A DNA stretch of 64,000 nt from the human T2T-CHM13v2.0 reference genome, Homo sapiens. Made by a program: the position numbers and the translations under genes. A model generated the notes under the pieces. The model had not been told where the DNA came from, did no database searches, and worked only from the letters and a program-made list of their open reading frames with translations. The stretch lies in NCBI RefSeq assembly GCF_009914755.1, contig NC_060947.1, one strand, 5' to 3'. Positions 55,267 to 64,000 of this stretch are shown piece after piece; the stretch's first letter is position 1, and each line of letters opens with the position of its first letter.

Positions 55267-56829
55267 CTGAAAGTGACAGAGATGGCAGAGGGCTGCAGAG
55301 TATGGATGCTGGGTGGGGGTAGGGGTAGGATCAGAACAGGCAGGAGAGAACAGGTGAGGAGTAAGGTCTGGGGTTTAGGAGCTTCATGCTCATTATGGAA
55401 AGGAAAACTTTTCTGGAGAGGACACTTGGTCAGTTGTCTCATGGGCCCATCCTGAGTGGGCAGGTAAATCAGGAAGATTACAGACTCCTCTCCTACCCTG
55501 TTCTCAAGCTTGAGAAAAGCCCAAAGAGAAATTATTCTGACAGACCTAGAAAGCAGGTCAAGAGGGTTGGAAAGATGTCAAGGAACACAGCTGGGAGCCT
55601 CCTGCCATATCTCAAGCCGAGGGGAGTAAGCATGTGTACCGAACACATGTCTTAAGCTGAGCTAGCCTCAGAGCCAGGACTTCTGCCACATCACCTCAGG
55701 GAGGAGACAGCTATTTATATCCTGCCAGTCATGCATGGGACAATGTGCATACCATAGATCCCAGCCAGGGCCTTGAGTTGGGGCAAATTTAAAGCTAATG
55801 TCTGAACATGTCAAGTTATTCACACATACATAGCAGTTCATGAGGGCTCATGCCACGTATATGACCATATTTGCACATGTCAGGTAGAGATGGGAGCAGA
55901 AACACCAAGGCTCACAGACATCCAGTGTTGGGCCTTGACCCAGAGTAGCTCTGTGACTTTGGGTAAGTCGCTTCCCCTTCTGTAAAATGGGAATTATAGT
56001 AGCTGCTCTCCCCACTATTCAGCGTTGCCATGAAGGGATATTGAGAGCCTGGATGTGAAAGTGGTTTAAGAACTCTAAAGAGCTGACCACATAGGACACA
56101 TTCTATTCATCACAGTTATTTTATGCTGGAAACAGCCTTATAAGCCTTCTTCTGTGAACATCTAGTGGATGGCTCCAGATCTAACAGTCTCTCCTGACCC
56201 AGGAGATGAGGAGGGAGTGGAAATAAGTGATGACCCAACCTTGTCATCCTTGGTTCCTCTGCACTTTGGGCAGCCCCTCCAGGCTGGCACCCCTGCCACA
56301 GAGGAGCCCTTGGCTGACCTCTTCATTCTAGGCACTGTCTTGTGCCTAGAACTGTCATCTCCTACCTCTCTACAAAGGTTATCTATGTTTGTGGGGAATC
56401 AGGGCTCCACGAGTGCCCCCACCCTGCCCACTCTGGCATTTTTATAGGCATCTTCAATGTCTTAATTCAAGAGAAGTAAAGGTGGAACTACTTCAGGCAC
56501 TGTGAGAGGGGACATACGTTTGGGCAGAGAAGATGTCGCTCAAATCGCCCCCCAAAACAGCACAAACACATTTGTGCGTAAGGCTGATGCCTTCCCGTTC
56601 CCCAGCCCCATGGAACAGCCAGATCAGCAAATAACGTGGGGATGAAAAACACACTGGGCTAGGGGTTAGGGACCCCTGGTTTCTAGTCTCATCTGTGCCA
56701 AGAATTGGCTGGGTGTGCTTGAGTAAGTTCCTCCCAACTCTGAGTGGCCCTTTTCCTGTCTGTGATGTCATGAGGTCGGGTTAACTGGCTGTTATTCCAG
56801 GCTCTCTGTGACTCTATATAGACACTTAC

Positions 56830-56912
56830 AGCTCTCAAGCTGCATCGTGCAGGTCTGGATGTCCATGGGGAAGTTCTTGAGGTCCATCAGGCAGGACAAA
56901 ATGAGGGTCAGC
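56830..56912 (-). pseudogene. GLRA4: GLRA4 exon 5 (Cys-loop)
   Basis: [27 protein letters not shown]; CTAG| ... |GTAAGT. Confidence 0.95.
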
Positions 56913-57051
56913 CTAGTGGGGACAGTAAGAAAGAAGTGACATCGGCTTACTGGGGCCCATCACAGTGCAAGGGAACCCTCCTCCCACCCCTCAGTCTTCA
57001 TCCAAATTCTTCCCCTTAACGCAAACTCTCCTGGCTATCCACCCGGTGCAC

Positions 57052-57275
57052 CTGATGCTGTACAGCACATTCCCATTCTTGAAGATGCGCAGTAACTTGT
57101 TGTCCGTGGTCACCTCATGGAAGTTGGCCCCTTTCTCATTAGCAAAGAAGAGGTCTGGCTTCCAGATAGAGTCCAGCATGGAGGGATCGAGGTCCAGAGA
57201 GTCATCAGGATATTCTCGGTAGGACAGGCGTGGGTCATTCCACTGTTGCCGCAAGAAGACATTCACCCGGTAGTC
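57052..57275 (-). pseudogene. GLRA4: GLRA4 exon 4
   Basis: [17 protein letters not shown]...[37 protein letters not shown]; CCCAG| ... |GTGCAC (weak donor). Confidence 0.95.
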
Positions 57276-57514
57276 CTGGGAGGGTGCAGATATGGGCCCT
57301 TCAGAAACATTGCCATTCCCAGGGGCCCAGCAAGCCTGTAGGGGCAGGAGGGCCATGAGGAGGAATGTTGGGAACACATCTCAGGGGCAGTAGGCATTTT
57401 TCACTGGAGAAGGAACCTTCCTTGGGCTGATATGGCAAAAGATGCCAGCTTGTTATCTGGTGGGCTCCTCCCACTCACACTAGGCTGGAAGTGGGGAGCA
57501 GGGAGATCCCTTAC

Positions 57515-57582
57515 CATTGTGGTCTTGGTGACGGAGCTGAAACTGTTGATGAAGATGTTGCAGGTCACGTTCACGGGTGGGC
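57515..57582 (-). pseudogene. GLRA4: GLRA4 exon 3
   Basis: [22 protein letters not shown]; CTCAG| ... |GTAAGG. Confidence 0.95.
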
Positions 57583-57871
57583 CTGAGGGTAGCAAAGCAC
57601 AGGCCATTGGCAGGGCATTCCAGGAGGCTGGGAGCAGCTTCCAGAACTCCTTCCCTGAGCTGCAGGCCAGGGCACTGCTGGGAGAAATCAGTGCCAGATA
57701 CACAGGCCCATGGACAATGGGGTGAGGAGGCTCCTTCTGAGCTGTTAGAACCAGCCCCAGCCCTGGACCTCCAGCCTCCTTTCCTTAGGGAAGGCAATAG
57801 GGGCTGGCTGGCTAGTGTGCTGCCAAAGGTGGTGGGGAGGGAGGAGTTTTTATAGGATGAAGATTTCTTAC

Positions 57872-58002
57872 CTTTAAAATTGGGCCGAATCCTGGCATCA
57901 TATCCAGATGTTCGCCCCATAAGTTTGTCTAGGAAATCAGAGGGGGACATGGGCTGGGACCCCTTGGTTCCAGATTTGACTTCCTCTTTTGCCAAGGCCA
58001 CC
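57872..58002 (-). pseudogene. GLRA4: GLRA4 exon 2
   Basis: [43 protein letters not shown]; TCCAG| ... |GTAAGA. Confidence 0.95.
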
Positions 58003-61000
58003 CTGGACAGGAGAGGTAAAAAAGTCTGAGGCCAGTTGTGTGCTGCACTTATCACAGACTCTCAGTTTCCATACCCCTCAGGCAGGAGGATAGAAGACAA
58101 TGGGTCTCTGGGTGCCATTTGCAAAATGAGAACAAAAACGCCATAAGTCAACACGGCAGCCTGCCAGTTAGTACTAGTAAAGTGTTTTCACAGACAGTAG
58201 GTCTTCTTACCCTCCCAATTCTCAGTGAGATGGGAGTGAGGACTGTTATTCCCATTTTACAGATGAGAAAACTGAGGCTTCAAAAGGAGGACTGACTTGT
58301 TCAAAGTCTCAGAGCTAGTGACAGGGTCAGGACTCAAACCCTAGGCTGAGGCCTCGTCCAGTGTTCTCTTTCTGAAGGTACTTGGAAAACACTCAATGAG
58401 TGATGTCTTGCGGGAAATGATGTGGCTACTACAAAGTTTTGCCCGTCTAGCCTAGTCAAGGATGGGAAGGGCTCAAGGACAACTTGTATTTCTGAGAGTT
58501 GGCTTCAGTTGCTTGGGCTTTATGCTGGGCTGCTCAGGAAGTAGGACCCAGCTTCTGAAGAGGGAGTTTTGGCTTCTGGTGTGTGCTCCAACAGGAAGCT
58601 ATGTTTGAGCTACGTTTTAGTTAAGGACCATGCCACTGCAGGCAGGTGAACTAGTTTTGGCAACTATGGTGGGGAAGCAGGACTCTAGGGATAGGAAAAA
58701 GCCTCCTGGTAGGGTAGACATGCTGAGGTCAACTCCCGTATTTTCCCCGCTAACAGCTTGATTTTGAGGAAGGAGCCAGTGTGCTTTGGCATAGCTTAGA
58801 AGCCAGCCCCCTTTTCCCCTAACGGGTTTCCCTCTAATAGCAGCAAAGCCCCTTTCATATGCCTACTTACCAACTTGCCAGCTAACAGATAAACTAGGGA
58901 CTAGGAGCTTAGCAAAGCCTTGGGGACAGGAGCAGTGCTCAGGGCTGAGCTCAGCTGGACTCCAGGCTGGGCCAGGCACCTCCTGCTCCCTCCTGCCTGC
59001 TGTCATTGCTCTATAGCCGACTCCACCACTGTCACTGCCGCTGCCGCACTGTGGGACTGGGCAGCAGGGTAACTGCTGTCCTGCTGGGGACTAGTCTTCT
59101 TCTAGCCAGTGGGCTCCTCTTTCCCAGTAGATCCATGTACTATCCAGTGACCGATAGAATAATAAAAATAGCTAAGGCCCCATGCTAAATGCTTTACACA
59201 CTCTGTCTAGTTTAGTTCTCACATTAGTCCTCTCAACTAAGTATTATGATTACCCCCATTATATAAATGAGAAGACTGAGGATCAGCAAGGTGAGGTGAA
59301 TTCTTCACGATCATGCAGCCAGTGAGTGGTAAAGCCGGGATTCAAATCAAGAGCTACTGACTTCAAAACTAGCTCTATCTATCACAATACTATGGTGCAG
59401 GCAGCCCAGGGTGGGCTGCCAAGGAGCCAAAGTAGGGGAAGGTCAGTGGCAGCCCCACCTTGACCGTCTAGAGTCCTGCCTCCTTGAATCTTCTAAGGAA
59501 GAGGAAGCCCTTACCCTGGGGACAGAGGCAGGCTCTGAAAATCCAAGGAGGCTGGTGGTGGTGCTGGAGCAAGCAGAAGTCTGTGACTTCACCACAGGAT
59601 GTCCACGCTAGCCAGGTGCTGCTGCTGCTTCTGGCCACCTGCCACCTGCCTGCTGGGAGGCCACATGGTCCTGCACGTGGAGAAACTGGACCCTCCCCGC
59701 CGTCCTCAGCCCCACTCTCAGGTCACCTCTCCTGCTAAGCCTAGACCTAGTATCCTGGGACAGGCTATGGGCTTAGCAGTCTTGGTCCCCAGCCCCTGTT
59801 GCAGTACCCTCTTCTGGGGCTAACTTGTCTGAGGACCTGAGAGCAGAGTCACCGTGTGCAGCCACTCCTTCCTCTCTTTCATTCCTGGAAAGTCCTAAAC
59901 ACCTTCAGGACCTAGGAGGATCCAGAGCTGACAGTCTTTCTCATGTAAAGTCTTGGGGTGGCGCAGGGAGAGAAGTCTAACTCTGGTGCTAGGTAGCTGA
60001 GCCACCCTGGGCAGGTCATTCCCCATCTCTAGGCCTCAGTTTCCGTATGTACAACGAAGGACTTGGACTCCAGACTCTCTAAGGGCCCGTTTTGCTCTAA
60101 CTGCCTCTGCTTTCCAAGCCCCAGTGGGAATGCTGCTACTGGAGCTTGAGCTTTGAGGCAGCCTCCCCTCCTGGAGGGCCTGCAAGGCCCAGTGTGGTGC
60201 CCCCTTCTGCCTGCATCCTCCTGTCAACTCCAGCTGTGCTGCCATTCTACTTTGAGCTGCTTTTCACTCTTTAGAAGTTTATTGCCCTGCTCTGCATCCC
60301 TGCCTGCCTGCCAGCCAATGTGTCTGCAAACAGTGGGGCAGGAGGCTTTGCAGACGCAAGCAGCCCTGCGATGTTTCTTGGATTAACAGGAGGAGGAGGA
60401 GGAGTATGCCGCAGTGGTACTGACCCCCTCCACCTTGGGAGGCACTCCTCTTACGATCAGGTCAGCCCAGGCTACAGCCATCTTTCCTGTTCAGCTCACC
60501 CTGCCAACCTAGGCTGGCTCCTGGTCTAATGAGAAAGGGGCAATTGGTGGGGGAACATTTACAGGGAGCCCAAAGCCTGTCTTTCCTGCAAGCCCAGGAA
60601 GTGACTGCTACTTTTTCCCCCTCAAGGAATAGGGAGCAACCAAGTGAGCACAGGCAGGGTGACTGCAGAAGGCCAAAGAATGTCTAGCCCAGCTCCATCC
60701 TGATGTGGTCTTGGGGCAAACCCCTGCTACCTGAAGCCTCTTGGGCTGGCAGTTGACAGATGTTGCCATCATTTTTAGCGATCTGAGCAGTGTGTGGCCC
60801 AGATGATAGGGAAACAGGGTTAGGTGGCTGGGCAGACACCCTCCATTCTGGGGCTTAGTTGCCTAGCCCCTACCCAGGCCTAGGAAGCTTCCACCTGTGC
60901 AGAAACATTCCCAGCATGACCGGTGCCTTGACATCTCTAATAAAAAGCTCTTGGGGTCCTAACTGGGGGAGGTCGTGTCCTCCCCTGAAGCCCTCCAGAC

Positions 61001-61106
61001 TGCGGGCTTTGTGCAAACTTAGAGGAAAGTGTGCCAGATGCCCAGGTTGCCCATCCCCCTTGGCTAGTGTTTGCATGCACCTCCTTCTCACCCCCACTCA
61101 GCTCAC

Positions 61107-61177
61107 CTGAGGAGGACCTGCCCTGGCAGGGTCCAGAGAAGAAGGAAGGAGAGGGTTGCAGGAACAAGAGTTGTCAT
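61107..61177 (-). pseudogene. GLRA4: GLRA4 exon 1 coding part (signal peptide)
   Basis: MTTLVPATLSFLLLWTLPGQVLL + AG|GTGAGC; phase 2 matches exon 2. Confidence 0.9.
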
Positions 61178-64000
61178 TCTGCGGGGATCTTGAAGCCCTT
61201 TCTCAGCCTGGCTGCCAATGTGAGAGGGGATATCCCTGCAGGAACGCCAAAAGTACAGAGCCTTTCTCCAACCTGGGCTGCTCGCAAAAGAGCCTGCTTT
61301 CTCTCCTCTTCTGCCTCTTCTCCTCTGGCCTGTCTTTACCTGCCAGGGGCCAGAACTATTCCCCTGGAAATGATCCTGACACAGATAACCCTACTGGCTT
61401 CTGCTTGGGCTCGCCTTGGGCTCCGGAGGGCCTTAGCCTGCCAGCTGGGAGCTGGAAAAGATTCTCTCTGGGCAGCAATCACTCTCCAAACCCTGAAGAG
61501 TCTTGGAGGGGAGGGAGGAGGGAGACCGGTAGGAAGATGTTTTCCTGCCTCCCACCTCCCCCTAGATGCACCCTCCGAAAGCAGTAATTTAAAGGCACAG
61601 TCGGCAGCAGCTGGAGTGGGGTTCAGAGCCTGCCCGTGTGCCAGGGAGGAGCTTGGGCTGCCATGGCTGTTTGGGGAGGGCCAGAGGTGTTCTGTCCAAC
61701 CTCTAACTCCCCAGCTGCAGGAGGGCATGTAAGCAGCCCTGCTCCCCCCGCCCCCCACCTCCCACTCCCGACCAGCTTTCCTTTCATCCTGGAGCCAAGC
61801 TGGAGCCCAACAGTAAAGTCCTAATGATTGTTACCAGGGGGAAAAAGACCTGAGAGGGTTTAGGCAGCGCCACCAGGTATTCTCAAGCTGACAGCTTCAG
61901 GTTAGAGAGAAGGTGAAGAGGCTGAGGGCAGGAATAGCTTTCCCCCAACTCTCTGGACAGAGACACAGAAGGTGCATGATACAGAGGAACTTGGGAACCC
62001 TCCTCAAGTGCGGTCTGCCTGCTTGACAGTCTGTCTGTCCCTTCATCTGTCTACCTGCCCCCATCCCACCTCGCCCTTGTAGTTAGTTGTGCAGCCATTC
62101 CCGTGCCTGCTTTCCTCCCTCAGGTCGTCTCTTGGGGTCCTCTATAGCTCTCAGAATTCCTCCTCCCAGACACTCCTTCCCCAGCCTGGCTCATGGGAAG
62201 GGACAGAGATGCAGAGCAAGGCTGGGACACAGTAGGCTTTGCAGGCTTCAGAGGAATGGCAGCGGGTCAAGAGCAGTGACCTAGTGGCCCTCAGCCCTGG
62301 ATGGAGGACAGAGGCAGAGGGGTGGGCTGGCCTCTTCCCTTGCCTCCTGCACATTTGCTTACAGCAACAAGGTGCTTTGGCAGCTCCATTTTCTCCTGCC
62401 TGACTCTTCCTCAAAGGTTCCAGTGTGTTATCTAAACACCTCTGAGACTTCTCCCCTCCCCCATTTCCTCTTGCTCTCTCTTCTTTTTTTCACTCTACTC
62501 CTCTCTTCCTCCCCCCTCCCTGAAATTTTCCTTCACGGACCCTCTGTCCATCTCCATCTCCAATCTTCCTCGCAGTTTCTTCTCTGCGTCTCACTTTCTG
62601 TGCCTGTCTGCCTTGCTTCTTTCTTCCTCACTTCCTCTCCATTCCCGGTTTTCTCTTTCCACCTCCCCTGTATCTTCACTCTCTCACACTCTCCTCCAAA
62701 ACGACAACAGTGAGAAGCCAAGCGTTTTCATTTCTCCCTCAGGGGGAACTCTCCCGCCAGCTCTGCGGAGTTCTGATTGCATGCTGTGGGGAGGGGTCTG
62801 TGCCACCTTCTGAGGTTCAATCCTGGAGCTGACTGTGGCCTCCTCAACCTTGCCAGAGAGGGTTTGAGGGGATTGGAAGCTCCTCCACATGGCCTATTGG
62901 CTATATGGAAGGATTAATAATGAGGTAGCCGTGAGTGGAACCTGTGCTGCAGCTCCCTTTTGGCTGTGTTATTATTAAGGAAGAGAAATTTTCAAACCAT
63001 AAATGAAAGGGTAAGAAGAGAATTTTAAATGCACACTAAAATATAGACAGGGGTGCTGGGCTTTTGGAGTTGGGACTGAGAACATTACAAGTCTCAAATA
63101 ATGCCTATATGGTCAGTAAATGTAAAATAACCTAAAACATCTTTAGCTGCCCTTTCATCTGCTCACCCTCCCTCCTTGTTTCCTTTAAGCATCATGATCC
63201 CCACTCCATGGGCAGAAACTGAGCCTTACAGAACCTCCCAGGACAGAGCTCCTTGCTGGGGGTCTGGCGGGGAGGGGTGTGGCTCTTGTCTCCTCTGTGT
63301 AACTCACTTCCTGTGGCAAAACTCAACATGTCACTTCTCCTGCTTCAACAGTTCCCCATTGCTCTCAGGCTGCAGCCCAAGGTTGGTCACTCTGCTTGTC
63401 CCACTGATGCATCTAGAGTTTCCTGTTCTGTCTCTCCAGCTTCCTGGTGTTTTTGTATGTTGTTCCCTTTATCCAAAGTACTCTTCCCTCCACTCTTACC
63501 CTTCTGGACTGAGTCTCGTTGTCATTTTGTAAGGAACACTTCTGGAGCTGCCCCCATGTCCCTTGGGTATAGGATAGGAGACTGTCCAATGTGTTCCCAC
63601 AGGACCCTCACCTTTGCAGCACTCTGTCACACTGTCACATTACCAGATTACTTGCCTGTCTCCCCTACTATCGCAAGCTCCCTGATGAGCAGAGACACAT
63701 CATCCACCAAATCCCCAGCACACTATAGGCAATTAGTGAACATTTGTTAAAAGATGCATCCTGGGCAGGAATATTTCCTCAAGCTCAGTGCCTCTGCATC
63801 TCTCTCTGTCAAACAAGAAGTTTGACACACAGAGAGAGGCCAGCATGACGTAATGATAATAAGGAAAAATGAGAAAGCAGTTTTTATTCCCTTGTCCCTT
63901 AGGTCTGCGGCCTCACACTCGGTCATCTGGAATTCTTAGCTAATGGAAGGCATAGGCCCCTGGGGACCTGTCTATTGTCTCGGTCCCACCTCCTGTGTGC

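Noticed and set aside
57095-57115. REST/NRSE-like TGTCCGTGGT in GLRA4 exon 4
   Set aside because: Only half of the motif matches, and it is explained by the V-T-T-D codons
61031-61732. 233-aa + strand ORF antisense to GLRA4 exon 1 and promoter
   Set aside because: GTG start, GC-rich promoter region and no domain; likely a chance ORF

Overview
Primate genomic DNA rich in Alu, MIR, L2 and MER repeats. The gene content matches human Xq22.2. (1) MORF4L2/MRGX (- strand) has an intronless 288-aa CDS at 9135-10001, several non-coding 5' exons and a CpG-rich bidirectional promoter at ~19.5-21.1 kb, probably shared with MORF4L2-AS1. (2) GLRA4 (glycine receptor alpha-4, - strand) has 9 reconstructable exons at 40190-61177, an in-frame TGA at codon 418 before TM4, and several substitutions at conserved residues, so it is a pseudogene. 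(3) TMEM31 (+ strand, 168 aa) is nested antisense inside GLRA4 and overlaps GLRA4 exon 8 coding sequence by 76 nt. Most notable observations: a fossil MRG15 chromodomain directly upstream of MORF4L2 that supplied its splice acceptor, its start codon and, by frameshift, its novel N-terminus; splice-switchable uORFs in the MORF4L2 leader; antisense overprinting of TMEM31; a 5x TCF/LEF-motif minisatellite and tandem RFX palindromes in TMEM31 introns; an LTR fragment apparently retrotransposed by L1; and a young 127-bp direct duplication. Gene names, repeat families and comparisons with paralogues rely on recalled reference sequences, not on searches.
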